Of a stretch of DNA of 64,000 nt, positions 1-9,296 are shown one piece after another (the stretch's first letter is position 1; every line of letters starts with the position of its first letter). The DNA comes from an uncultured bacterium (GTDB taxonomy: Bacteria > Eisenbacteria > RBG-16-71-46 > JAFGJU01): NCBI GenBank assembly GCA_964570935.1, contig CAZMZP010000077.1:12893-76892 (forward strand), in the 5' to 3' direction. The notes beneath the pieces were generated by a model. It saw only the letters and a list, made by a program, of their open reading frames with translations. It did not search any database and was not told the origin of the DNA. The position numbers were made by a program, and so were the translations under genes.

Positions 1-779
1 CCCGGTACGGCGCTGTGCATAACCCCGGACAGACTGTCTGGTACTGCATAGGTGGGTTCAGCTGGGTCAGCATGTACAGCGGCCTCCACTGGCTGCGGAC
101 TACCCTGACTGACATTCCCATTTCCGCCGCCGGCCTGGTAGGCCAGTTCGGGTGGACCGGCGTGGGCATGAATTTCTCGATCGGCGAGACAGAGGATTGG
201 CTGCTGCGGTGGTACTACAACCCTCCGAAACCGCCGAATCCACCGGGCCCTCCTCCTCACAACCCGCAGGACCCGTACCCGCCGGCGCCGATTCCCAACT
301 GTAACAAGACCGTGTCGGTGTACCAGACTCCGCCGCCGACTCACCGCGGCCACTCGGGCAGCTTCGGCGTTACAGTCGAGAACACGAGCCCGGATCATCC
401 CATCCACATAGTCGCAGGGCCGTTTGTTACCGGCCCGAGCGGGAGCCCGATCGACATCGAGATCGAGCCTCTCTACAGCACCGTACTCCTGCCCGGCCAG
501 AAGATAGTGGCCCCGGCGACCTGGAGCTTCCCGAACCCGGCCCCCAATTCGTCTTCCTGCGATTTCGACGTCGTGGTTGACCCGCAGGGAGTGTACGTGG
601 TGGCCGCCAACGTGGGCAACTACACCAATGCCACCTCCACGCAGACCACAGGTGGCAGCTTCCTCGATCCCCCGGTGCCGGCGATCAAAGGAATCGCGCT
701 GATTGTCCTCGTGGCCGGCGTGGGGCTCACGGCTCTGTACTTCATAGTCAGGAGGCGCAGGGTCGCAGTCAACAGCTAG
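1..779 (+). CDS. Cell-surface protein, 5'-truncated by the window edge. Has a Pro-rich linker and a C-terminal TM helix followed by RRRR.
   Basis: Frame stays open back to position 3 with no signal peptide at the first in-window start, so the N-terminus lies upstream of the window. PPKPPNPPGPPPHNPQDPYPPAPIP linker. C-terminus is PVPAIKG-IALIVLVAGVGLTALYFIV-RRRR, a sortase/exosortase-like tripartite tail. Confidence 0.5.
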   Translation, partial: RYGAVHNPGQTVWYCIGGFSWVSMYSGLHWLRTTLTDIPISAAGLVGQFGWTGVGMNFSIGETEDWLLRWYYNPPKPPNPPGPPPHNPQDPYPPAPIPNCNKTVSVYQTPPPTHRGHSGSFGVTVENTSPDHPIHIVAGPFVTGPSGSPIDIEIEPLYSTVLLPGQKIVAPATWSFPNPAPNSSSCDFDVVVDPQGVYVVAANVGNYTNATSTQTTGGSFLDPPVPAIKGIALIVLVAGVGLTALYFIVRRRRVAVNS

Positions 780-810
780 TGCGCCAAACCAGGCGCGGGA
801 ACTCTGACCG

Positions 811-850
811 AAGGCGGTGGGCTCAACCCCCACCGCCTTTCTTCTTGTGT
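811..850 (+). terminator. Rho-independent terminator downstream of the first CDS
   Basis: 11-bp GC stem aaggcggtggg/cccaccgcctt (811-821/829-839) with a short loop, then the T-rich run tcttcttgtgtt. Confidence 0.55.
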
Positions 851-907
851 TCCGGCCAGGCGCCCATCCCGGTTGATTGAATGAGCGCTTCGCTGTAGTA
901 TCTCACG

Positions 908-2182
908 GTGACTGTGAATGAACCCCGTGGACAACGTGCCCCGCGGAAAACGCGTCCCGCGAAGAGGCGATGCTTGTTGCTGACCGACGTGAGGAAGCGC
1001 GCGTTGAGAAACTCCGGCTTGAGACGTTCCCTGGTGAGCGCGGGCAGCGTGGTTGCCCTGCTGCTGGCCGCGGTGTCCTGCAATCCGGGTCAGGAAACGA
1101 CGGCCCGGGAATTCGTGTGGTCAGAGGACGAGACTCTCAGCGGGGGCTTTACTTCGGCGTACGTCAGCCCGAACAACGCCCGCTCGCTTTACCTGGAGGC
1201 CGGCGGCGGCGTCCAGGTCGTCTTCACGGGCAACACAGATTTCTACTACGACATCTTTTACGCAAGACGGACGGGCGTCGGGTGGGGACAACGGGAGCAG
1301 GTGAGTTTCACCGGCGCCACATCCTCCACGCCCTGCCTGGCCGTGGATAGCGCCGGAAACCCGTGCGTGGCGTGGTCCGACGGAGACGCCGGACAGTATG
1401 ACATTCTGCTCTCACGACGGAAGGGCGGAACGTGGACAGCCGCGGAGAACGTGACCCACGACTCCACGTCTTCCCTTTTTCCTGCCATGGTTGGAGGATG
1501 GGACGGGACGCTTCACCTAGTCTGGGAAGACCGTTGGGGCGACAAGTCCAGAGTTCTGTATGCCTCCAGTTCCGATTCCGGGTGGTCTAGACCCGTCTGC
1601 CTGAGCCGTGAGGGCACGGATGCAACGGCGCCTGCCATCGCCGCCGCTTCCGGCGGAAAGGTCTGCGCGGTCTGGGCCGAGAGGGAGAAGGCCGGGCAGA
1701 ACGTGATGTATCGGGAGCTCTCGGACGGCGAGTGGAAGGGACCGGTGCGACTGAACGACGGCGGGCGCTCCGGCGCCAGGCCGTCCGTGGCGGCCGGGCC
1801 GCGCGGGAGCGTCCACGTGGTGTGGGAGAGCCACCGGTACAAGAATCCGTCCGTGTGCTACCGGCATAAGCGAGGCCGCAGGTGGCAGTCCGAGGCCGAG
1901 CTGACCGACGGCAGGTCCAGGGCGTTCAGGCCGGCGGTGGCAGCGGGGCCGAGAGGTTCGGTGTACGTCGCGTGGTACGACGACAGATGGGGCGTGCCGC
2001 AGGCGGCCCTGCGCGCGGCGGAAGGCGACAGGTGGGGACTCGTGTCCAGGGTGAACCAGTCATCCGCGCCAACCTATTTTGTTACTATCGAGGTGGACAG
2101 GCGCGGAGACGCCCATCTGTTGTTCCAGGACAGGCGCAGGGGGACCTACGACGTCTACTACAAGAAGGGCGCAATACGATGA
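908..2182 (+). CDS. BNR/Asp-box repeat (sialidase-like beta-propeller) lipoprotein
   Basis: Lipoprotein signal ...SVVALLLAAVSC. Repeated W/Y-rich blades, each with an Asp-box-like SxDxGxW element (VAWSDGDAG, YASSSDSGWSRP, VWAEREKAG, VWESHRYKN, VAWYDDRWG). Start uncertain: ATG 908, TTG 974 or GTG 989. Confidence 0.55.
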   Translation: MTVNEPRGQRAPRKTRPAKRRCLLLTDVRKRALRNSGLRRSLVSAGSVVALLLAAVSCNPGQETTAREFVWSEDETLSGGFTSAYVSPNNARSLYLEAGGGVQVVFTGNTDFYYDIFYARRTGVGWGQREQVSFTGATSSTPCLAVDSAGNPCVAWSDGDAGQYDILLSRRKGGTWTAAENVTHDSTSSLFPAMVGGWDGTLHLVWEDRWGDKSRVLYASSSDSGWSRPVCLSREGTDATAPAIAAASGGKVCAVWAEREKAGQNVMYRELSDGEWKGPVRLNDGGRSGARPSVAAGPRGSVHVVWESHRYKNPSVCYRHKRGRRWQSEAELTDGRSRAFRPAVAAGPRGSVYVAWYDDRWGVPQAALRAAEGDRWGLVSRVNQSSAPTYFVTIEVDRRGDAHLLFQDRRRGTYDVYYKKGAIR

Positions 2183-2189
2183 AAGGAGC

Positions 2190-2921
2190 ATGCGAATGCA
2201 GGACAACTTCGAGGTGATCATTCTGATAGGAAGGCCCGCGGCCGGCAAGAGCGAGGTGATAGACTACCTCAAGAAGACCGAGGTCGAGGCAAGAAAGAAG
2301 CGCTTCGGGATGGGGGCGTTCGAAGAGCTCGACGACTTCCCGTACGTTTGGGAGACTTTCGAGATCGACGACATCCTGTCGAAGCACGGCCGCGAGCGGG
2401 TCTTCACTACGCCTGACTACTACTTCAAGGACCACTTCGTGTGGAACCTCTTCATAGAGAGGATAAGCCTCGAGTTCGCGAAGAAGCTGGCGCGCGACCC
2501 CGATTACCTCAAGCGCACGACCGCGATAGTCGAGTTCGCCCGCGGAGGAGAGAACGGGTTCGCCGAGGCGTTCTCCTACCTCTCCGACGACATACTGAAG
2601 CGGGCGGGCATCGTGTACATAAAGGTCTCGTACGAGGAATCGTGCAGGAAGAACCGCCGCAGATTCGACCCCAAGCAGGCCGACAGCATTCTGTACCATT
2701 CGCTGCCTGACGAAAAGATGGAGTTCTACTACAAGGCCAACGACTGGGACAGGCTGGCGGGTGGAAACGACGGCTTCATCGAGATAAAGGGGCACAGAGT
2801 GCCGTTCGCCGTCTTCAACAACGAGCCGGAAGTCACTGACAAGCCGGAAGCGCTCGGCAAGGCGCTCGAAGACGTGTTCGCGAGACTCCGGAGGAGAATG
2901 AGCGAGAAGGCGCCGAAATGA
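2190..2921 (+). CDS. P-loop NTPase / kinase-like protein (Walker A GRPAAGKSE)
   Basis: RBS AAGGAG at 2183-2188, then ATG 2190 (MRMQDNFEVIILIGRPAAGKSEVIDYLKK). Walker A motif GxxxxGK[ST]. Family not assignable by eye (AAA_33- or zeta-toxin-like small-molecule or nucleotide kinase fold). Confidence 0.55.
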   Translation: MRMQDNFEVIILIGRPAAGKSEVIDYLKKTEVEARKKRFGMGAFEELDDFPYVWETFEIDDILSKHGRERVFTTPDYYFKDHFVWNLFIERISLEFAKKLARDPDYLKRTTAIVEFARGGENGFAEAFSYLSDDILKRAGIVYIKVSYEESCRKNRRRFDPKQADSILYHSLPDEKMEFYYKANDWDRLAGGNDGFIEIKGHRVPFAVFNNEPEVTDKPEALGKALEDVFARLRRRMSEKAPK

Positions 2922-2940
2922 ACTGAGCTCGTCCCGGAAG

Positions 2941-2976
2941 CCCCGTCGGCCGGCAAGTCGACGGGGTATTCGTCTC
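2941..2976 (+). terminator. Putative intrinsic terminator after the P-loop gene
   Basis: Stem ccccgtcg/cgacgggg with an 8-10 nt loop, then tattcgtctc. U-tract is weak. Overlaps the stop of the convergent minus-strand gene. Confidence 0.3.
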
Positions 2977-4093
2977 AGTGTTTCTCGTGTTGTCCCGCCG
3001 GCTGGACCTCGATTTCGTGCTCGGCCACGAGCTCGGCCACGCGCTTCCTCTCCGCGATGGTCAGGAATCCGACCGCGACCAGAATGAAGGTGAGCGAGAG
3101 CCAATCCTGCAGGCTTGGGAACTTGCCCCTGCACGTGAGGCAGAACACGAGCGTCGCCGTGGTTCCCGCCACGAGCGAGGTCAGTCGGTTCACCAGGCCG
3201 GCGAACGTCGCGGTCCTTCCCTTGAACATGAAGATGAAGACCGAGAAAAAGGCCACCATGCCGTAGGCGGTGCCTGCGAGAGTGGCCCAGCCCCAGATGG
3301 GCCTGGGGTCGGACACCGACGCTCTGAACACCTCGAGCTGTGGCGCGCTCCAACCGAACCACCGCGGCCCGTTGAACAGCACGATCGCCACCGACGCCAT
3401 CGTCACTGCGGCCGCGATCTGTTCAATGCCGAAGAACCAGCGGTTGTCTAGTTTCACGCCCTTTCCGCGGGTGTTCTTGTAGTAGTTCATTATGTAGATC
3501 CGGATTGCGTAGGCGACTATGTAGCTTCCCAGTATGCTCATGGCCGCTCTCGAACCCAGGAAGTCGAAGCTGCCTGGCTTGACCCAGACCAGCTGGACGC
3601 TGGCGGCGAGCAACGCGAACACGACGCCCACGTTCTCCTCCCTGTAGACCTTCTTGTGGAGGATACCCTGCCCTATCTGCACGGCGTCGACGATGCGGCT
3701 GATGACGATGACGCTGGCGCGCATTATGACCATCGCGACCATGACCGAAATCGGCAGGGTGTACATCAACGTGGTGGTGGGTATGACGACCGCGGTGCAT
3801 ATCCCGGACGGGATTATGTACGTGTATTCGCGCGGGAACGTGAACGGTCCCCAGGTCAAGAGCTGGGTGGACTTGGACCTGTACCAGCGCAGGGCGAGCA
3901 CCACCAGAAGACACAGCGCACTCCCTCCCAGGGTGCTGTAGGTCAGGAACTCAACCTGCTCCATCCCAGGGAATCCCTGGTCCGCTTTTCCGGTGAAATA
4001 CTTCACCGTCACGCCGGTTATCACGTAGAAGAAGAAATACGCAAGACACAATTGCAGTAGTCTGGCCGAACTGCCTTCTTTGGTGCGCCACAT
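2975..4093 (-). CDS. Polytopic integral membrane protein, function unknown
   Basis: About 10 predicted hydrophobic helices. Start reassigned to MWRTKEG... with RBS GGAAGG upstream. No recognisable catalytic motif. Confidence 0.5.
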   Translation of the reverse strand: MWRTKEGSSARLLQLCLAYFFFYVITGVTVKYFTGKADQGFPGMEQVEFLTYSTLGGSALCLLVVLALRWYRSKSTQLLTWGPFTFPREYTYIIPSGICTAVVIPTTTLMYTLPISVMVAMVIMRASVIVISRIVDAVQIGQGILHKKVYREENVGVVFALLAASVQLVWVKPGSFDFLGSRAAMSILGSYIVAYAIRIYIMNYYKNTRGKGVKLDNRWFFGIEQIAAAVTMASVAIVLFNGPRWFGWSAPQLEVFRASVSDPRPIWGWATLAGTAYGMVAFFSVFIFMFKGRTATFAGLVNRLTSLVAGTTATLVFCLTCRGKFPSLQDWLSLTFILVAVGFLTIAERKRVAELVAEHEIEVQPAGQHEKH

Positions 4094-4263
4094 GTTGAGC
4101 CTTCCAGGTTCTGGGTGAAAGCGTTCTTGCACCGTCCGGAACGGAGCACGGCGTGACACGAACAGAGTGCCATCGGGATAAAGTACGCACGAGGTTACAG
4201 CAGAGAGAAACGGAAGTCGAGAGGATACTGCGGGTCTCGTGCTCCCGCCGGCGTCGGCGGGAG

Positions 4264-4767
4264 CTACTCGAAGCTGCGGATTATGCGCAGCACTTCGTGA
4301 GGGTCGGCGGCCTCCGCGAGCCGCCGCACCGAATCTTCGAAGCTCAGGATCTCCGAAAGGGACCTGTAGACCCTCAGGTAGAACCTGTCGTCGTCCGGCG
4401 GCGACGCCATCGGAAAGAAGATCCTGACGGGTTTGCCGTCCAGCGAGTCGAACTCGAGACCGCTGTCCGAGCGCGCGAACGCTATCACGAATTCTTTCAC
4501 CTGCAACGTCCTCACATGGGGCATCGCAACTCCGCCTCCGATTCCCGTCGTGGCCTTCTTCTCACGGTTGTGGAGGTCGCGGAAGAGGCGCTGCGCGTTG
4601 CGCACCCTGCCGGAGCGGTTGAGGACCATCGACAGGACGCCGACGACCCTCTCCTTGGTCTCCCGGACCCGTCTCTGTTCGCTGGTGTCTTCGGGGAAGT
4701 CAAGGTCCACGAGCGAATCCAGGTTCAGCTCTATCAGTTCTGGCGTGAGATACCGCGAGAGTCTCAT
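4264..4767 (-). CDS. ptsN: PTS IIA-like nitrogen regulatory protein PtsN (EIIA-Ntr)
   Basis: EIIA fructose/mannitol-family signature TGIGGGVAMPHV with the active-site His. Length about 167 aa from MRLSRYLTPELIELNL, RBS GGGGGA upstream. The longer ORF start at 4827 is unlikely. Confidence 0.65.
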   Translation of the reverse strand: MRLSRYLTPELIELNLDSLVDLDFPEDTSEQRRVRETKERVVGVLSMVLNRSGRVRNAQRLFRDLHNREKKATTGIGGGVAMPHVRTLQVKEFVIAFARSDSGLEFDSLDGKPVRIFFPMASPPDDDRFYLRVYRSLSEILSFEDSVRRLAEAADPHEVLRIIRSFE

Positions 4768-4911
4768 GTCCCCCAAAAGTGCGCTCGGAACGCACTGAAC
4801 GGACGTGCGCCCCGAGCGCTTTTGCACGAAGCCGTTGCGGGCGCGCCCGCGGAGACCGGGCTGCCCTGCTGAGGCATCGTGCCTTAGCCGCGGTGCTCGG
4901 ACTACGCGACG

Positions 4912-6690
4912 TTACTTCAGCATCACGAGTTTGAGCGACTGGACGACACCTTCTCCCTCGAGCCTCGCGATGTAGACGCCGGACCCCAACACGTTCCCGT
5001 CCGAATCCCTACCGCCCCAGACCAGCAGGTGACGACCGGCGTCCAGTGTGCCCGAGGCCAGCACTGCCACCTTGTGTCCGGACACGTCATACACGCACAG
5101 CTGCCCGCGCACCGGCCTGTCGAGCTCGAAGGTGATGCGGACGACAGGGTTGAACGGGTTCGGCCAGGCCTCGAGGCCGCTCACGACCGTTTGCGGCGAA
5201 GCCAGCTCCAGCGTGCCGCCCGAGGACGTGCTGAACGTCTGCCCGTCCTCGTTGCCGGCCTGCGCCAGCGATGCCGGCGCCACGTACTTTATCGTGTACG
5301 CGAGGTAGTCGCCGTAGCACGAGTACGTCTTACTGTTGCCGTTGGCCGCCACTCTCACCCTTATCTCTCCCGTGGCCGAGATGAAATTGGCCGGAGACGT
5401 CGTGGTGTAAGCCTTGGTCAAGTCCGTCGTGGCCACGGTCCCGGAGTTTATCTGAGCCCAAGTGCTCGTGCTGAAGTTGTACAGATACAGCGTCTGCGTG
5501 CGGCTGGTAGAGTACTTGCCGTTGTAGGTGATGGTGAGCTCCGTGGGCGTCTCCGCGATGGTCGTCTTGCCGTACCAGTCGGTGTAGTACTTCGTACCCG
5601 ACTTGACGGCGTTCACGCGGAGGTAGCTGGCGTCGTCCGCGGCCAGGTTAGCGTAGCTCCCGGACGCAATCGTTCCGATCAGCATCGTCACCGCCGTGGG
5701 ATAGTAGGTCTTGGTGTAGACCTGCCCGCCTCCGCCGTTGAAGTAGGTGTCAGTGAACCCAGTGCCGCTGACCGTGTACGCTGCGCCCGAGCCGGGGTCT
5801 GCCTGTATGATGATGTTCCCGCCGACCTTGTCCCAGCTGGGGTTCGGCGAGACTCCCGAGCCGATCTCAGTCCAGTAGGTCTTGACGTTGTGGTTGTGAA
5901 GACGCGTCAGCGCGTCCGACGTCGGATGCCCGTACGAGTTGTCACCCACGCATATCACGCCCACCTCTGGGGTAGTGGCGGTGAGCCAGGCGTCGTTAGT
6001 GGAGGTCGCGGACCCGTGATGATGGACCTTGTACACTTCCACGTCGCCGACCATCGGCCCTACAGTAGTCTCGACGTCGTTGCCGCTGCCACCGGTCAGG
6101 TCTCCGCCCAGCACTTCGTCGAAGCTGCCGTAGGTGAGTTTGAGCACGACGCTCTTGGCGTTCTCGTCAGAGCCGCTGGGTGAGTACACGCCGGCGCCGT
6201 TCAGGTCTATGCACTTTATCGTGACCGGGTCGGCCGCGCCCGCGTCCAGAGTTATGGTCTGGTTCTTGGTTATCGTGGTCCTGTCGTTGCCGAGGGCGGC
6301 GACGTAGGCGTCGTAGGTGGCACTGGAATACGAGTAGCCCCTGTCGTAGCCGGCTATGTTGAGAACCACTCCGGCCCCCATCAGGTCGTCAAGACATCCG
6401 ATGTGGTCGGCGTGGTAGTGGGAAGCGAAGTTGTAATCGAAATCCGTGACTCCAAGTCCTGTGATGTAACTGACGAATGGCGTGCAGTTGTTGTAGGCCG
6501 CGTCGTCCACGATGGCGAGCTGGCCCTGAGGGCTGATGATGAGGATCCCGTCACCCTGCCCGACGTCGATGTGATGGATTTGGAGTCTGCCGTTTCCCAG
6601 TTGCGCGAACGCGCAGCTGGAGTACGCGAGAACGAGAGCCAGAACGAACAGTGGCGCGAGAGACCTTCCGAACGGGTTCGCACTTCTCAT
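4912..6690 (-). CDS. Secreted metallo-beta-lactamase-fold hydrolase (ComEC/Rec2-type MBL domain) with a beta-rich module and T9SS C-terminal sorting domain
   Basis: RBS GGAGGA then ATG at 6690. Signal peptide MRSANPFGRSLAPLFVLALVLAYSSCAFA. Motifs IHHIDVGQGDGILI, HYHADHIG, VYKVHHHGS (MBL His/Asp ligands). C-terminus ...LEAWPNPFNPVVRITFEL...VYDVSGHKV...GVYIARLEGEGVVQSLKLVMLK is a T9SS type-A CTD. Confidence 0.7.
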   Translation of the reverse strand: MRSANPFGRSLAPLFVLALVLAYSSCAFAQLGNGRLQIHHIDVGQGDGILIISPQGQLAIVDDAAYNNCTPFVSYITGLGVTDFDYNFASHYHADHIGCLDDLMGAGVVLNIAGYDRGYSYSSATYDAYVAALGNDRTTITKNQTITLDAGAADPVTIKCIDLNGAGVYSPSGSDENAKSVVLKLTYGSFDEVLGGDLTGGSGNDVETTVGPMVGDVEVYKVHHHGSATSTNDAWLTATTPEVGVICVGDNSYGHPTSDALTRLHNHNVKTYWTEIGSGVSPNPSWDKVGGNIIIQADPGSGAAYTVSGTGFTDTYFNGGGGQVYTKTYYPTAVTMLIGTIASGSYANLAADDASYLRVNAVKSGTKYYTDWYGKTTIAETPTELTITYNGKYSTSRTQTLYLYNFSTSTWAQINSGTVATTDLTKAYTTTSPANFISATGEIRVRVAANGNSKTYSCYGDYLAYTIKYVAPASLAQAGNEDGQTFSTSSGGTLELASPQTVVSGLEAWPNPFNPVVRITFELDRPVRGQLCVYDVSGHKVAVLASGTLDAGRHLLVWGGRDSDGNVLGSGVYIARLEGEGVVQSLKLVMLK

Positions 6691-7203
6691 CGGCCGTTCC
6701 TCCTTCCGCCGGCTGGAGTGGATGATGTTGGGAACACCGCCACCTCCCGAGACGAGACTTACATAAGACAAAACCACCGGCGGCGCAACAGAAAAGTTCG
6801 GCGAGAAGCGGAGTGCTGGGGACGGGGCGGGCGTCAGGGCGACTGTCCCCCGGCTGCGGACGGGCCGGGGCCCGGATGGGGCGGGTCCGGGGCCGCGGCC
6901 GGTGACGGCATGCTGGCCCAGTTTATGCTGTCTTGAGGCGCAGGGAAGGACCGCCGAAGGGTCGGACAGGCCCGGTGGCGGCTGCGGCCGCGGAACCACG
7001 GCCCGCGGGCCGTCTGGAGCAGCTCCCGGGCGGAGAACGCAGAACGTAACTAACTGGTTGCTTTTTGCACGCATAGCGGGTATTTCTATAGGTGAGCCTG
7101 CGGCGCGTCACGCACCCTTGGGCGGGCAGCCGCGGCGCGTTTTATCAACTTTTGCGGCGCCGACACCTCCGGCTGGAGGCCGGGTGCCGGGCGGACTTGA
7201 TCC

Positions 7204-9294
7204 ATGAGAACCAAGATTCACATCGTCCACCTGAACGACCTCCTCCGGCTGAACGACCTCCTCCGGGCGACGCGGACCGCGGGGCCGCTCCTGGTCCTGG
7301 CCCTGACCGCTTCGGTGCTGATTCCCGCCGCCGCGCTCTGCGCGAACGACGTCACGCCTTCCGTGGTGTACCAGAACCTGACCGAGCTCTTCGCCAGGAA
7401 AACCTACAGCAACACGAAGCCCACGTCGCTCCTCTACACGACGTCAAACAGGTTCTTCGAGCCCGAGCTGTGCATTTTCAGGGACACTCAGTACGGGACC
7501 GAGATCTGGCGCCTGGCCAACGACCCCGACGCCACGCAGCACCACTGTCACATAAACAGAAGTCCGTGGAATGCGAACGGCTCGTTGATGGGTTTCATGA
7601 CGTACAGGTACATACCTGGGTTCTACTACGGACCGGGGGATTTCCGTCTGCTGATGATCACTGCCGACTCCGACACCCAGAGAGTCGTCGTGCCCCAGGG
7701 TCACGCCGGAGTCGTCGACTACATCAACCAGGTCAACTGGGACAGGTTCAACCCGAACGTGATGTGGTTCGGTTACTTCGACGGCCTGTACCGCACTGAC
7801 GTCGGCAGCAACGACGCGACCACGCTGTTCCAGGCGCTCCCGAACACCGACCGCAGAAAGGGCATCTTCTCGTACCTGTCCGAGCAGAACCAGATAATGG
7901 TCAAGGAAGTGAACTCGGAGAGCTACGTCGCCAACCTGTACTTCATCGACCCGGCGAAGCCGGCCGGCAGTCGTCTCACACACTACCCCATCAACTTCGG
8001 CATCACCGGCGTGAGCTGCCACAGCCAGAGCGAAGAGTGGCACATCCACGACGTCTATTTCCGCAGGAACGCCGACACGACCTACGTGATGAACTACGGG
8101 CCGCAGGGCGACGTGGGCGAATACTGCTTCTTCGAGGTGCCGTACTCAGGGGACAAGACCAAGATCGAACTGTGCTATTCGCAGACGTCCAGCAGCGTCC
8201 CGTACTACTCGCATCCCGCCTGGAATCACGACGGGGCCAAGGTGGCCTACGTCGGCGAGAGCAGCCCCGGGGCCAACGACTGGGGCATCCAGGTGAGAAC
8301 GCACGACGCCGGGACCAAGCTTGTGACCCTGACCAGGCAGGCCACGAGCGCCCACCTGGCCTGGGACGGGTACGACGACGAGTGGGTCATCGCGTCGACG
8401 GGCGTGTGGCAGGGCGGCGAGGAGAAGCTCCTGAAGATGAACACCGTGAACGCGACCTGCGTTCCGTTCGTGAACCCGTACTCCGAGATAAACGGCACCA
8501 GCACGACTTACTGCGCGCAGCCGAGACCCGCGCAGAGCCCGGACGCCACGAAAGTCATGTACACGTCCACGATGCTCCAGAAGACCGACACGAAGCCGGA
8601 AATCTACGTGGCTGTGATGAGGCGTCCGTACCCGCCGAGAAACCTGAACGCCTCCGGGTCGACGAGCGTCACACTGACGTGGCAGGCTTCGGCCGTCTCC
8701 CGCGAGACGAAGGGATATCACGTGTACAGGTCCGTCGGAAACGACGCGGCATTCGTCGAGCTGACTGCCGCCGCGGTCAACGCGGCGACGTACACGGACA
8801 ACTCGGTCGTGGCTGGACAGACGTACTACTACGGCGTCACCACCGAAGAGTTCTCGGGCCTGGAATCCGACGAGCTCTCGAACATCATGAAAGTGGACGT
8901 CTCGCAGTCGGGGGCGTCGGCCGGTCTTCACAGGGCGCAGGGGCTCAAAGGTTGGGACACGACGGCGCCGGCGCAGGTGGGCAGTTTCTCCATGCAGCAG
9001 GTGGCGCCAGGACAGTACCGGTTGAACTGGCAGGCTTCGTCCGACAACGACGTGCGCTACTACAACATCTACTATTCGGTTGAGGGGACGCCCTCGCCGT
9101 CTCCGCAGAGACTCATCTCGTCCACGCCAAGAAACACGCTGACCTATCTCGACTGGCTGGCCAGGACCGACGCGACACCGTACTACGCGGTGACCGCGGT
9201 AGACAGGGCCGGAAACGAATCGGCTCCGGCCTCCCCGTCGGGCTCCACCGACCAGACTGCTCCGGCCGCAGTTCGCGACCTCCAGAGTCCCTGA
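7204..9294 (+). CDS. Secreted protein with an uncharacterised N-terminal beta domain and two C-terminal fibronectin type III domains
   Basis: Signal peptide ...LLVLALTASVLIPAAALCAND. FN3-like blocks (PRNLNASGSTSVTLTWQAS...GYHVYRS...YYYGVTT; YRLNWQASSDNDVRYYNIYYS...PYYAVTAVDRAGNES). Confidence 0.55.
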   Translation: MRTKIHIVHLNDLLRLNDLLRATRTAGPLLVLALTASVLIPAAALCANDVTPSVVYQNLTELFARKTYSNTKPTSLLYTTSNRFFEPELCIFRDTQYGTEIWRLANDPDATQHHCHINRSPWNANGSLMGFMTYRYIPGFYYGPGDFRLLMITADSDTQRVVVPQGHAGVVDYINQVNWDRFNPNVMWFGYFDGLYRTDVGSNDATTLFQALPNTDRRKGIFSYLSEQNQIMVKEVNSESYVANLYFIDPAKPAGSRLTHYPINFGITGVSCHSQSEEWHIHDVYFRRNADTTYVMNYGPQGDVGEYCFFEVPYSGDKTKIELCYSQTSSSVPYYSHPAWNHDGAKVAYVGESSPGANDWGIQVRTHDAGTKLVTLTRQATSAHLAWDGYDDEWVIASTGVWQGGEEKLLKMNTVNATCVPFVNPYSEINGTSTTYCAQPRPAQSPDATKVMYTSTMLQKTDTKPEIYVAVMRRPYPPRNLNASGSTSVTLTWQASAVSRETKGYHVYRSVGNDAAFVELTAAAVNAATYTDNSVVAGQTYYYGVTTEEFSGLESDELSNIMKVDVSQSGASAGLHRAQGLKGWDTTAPAQVGSFSMQQVAPGQYRLNWQASSDNDVRYYNIYYSVEGTPSPSPQRLISSTPRNTLTYLDWLARTDATPYYAVTAVDRAGNESAPASPSGSTDQTAPAAVRDLQSP

Positions 9295-9296
9295 CC

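Noticed and set aside
970-1350. 126-aa alternative-frame ORF inside the BNR-repeat gene (and 1053..1304, 1258..1488-)
   Set aside because: These are nested in a gene with repeated Asp-box blades in another frame. The translations are low-complexity.
2085-3362. 425-aa ORF on the minus strand overlapping the P-loop gene and the membrane-protein gene
   Set aside because: Arg/Gly/Pro-rich low-complexity translation typical of antisense frames in high-GC DNA. It overlaps two genes with strong motif support. Similar artefacts: 5029..6183+, 8146..9369-, 10871..12178+, 19272..20789+, 38094..39827+, 41724..42956+.
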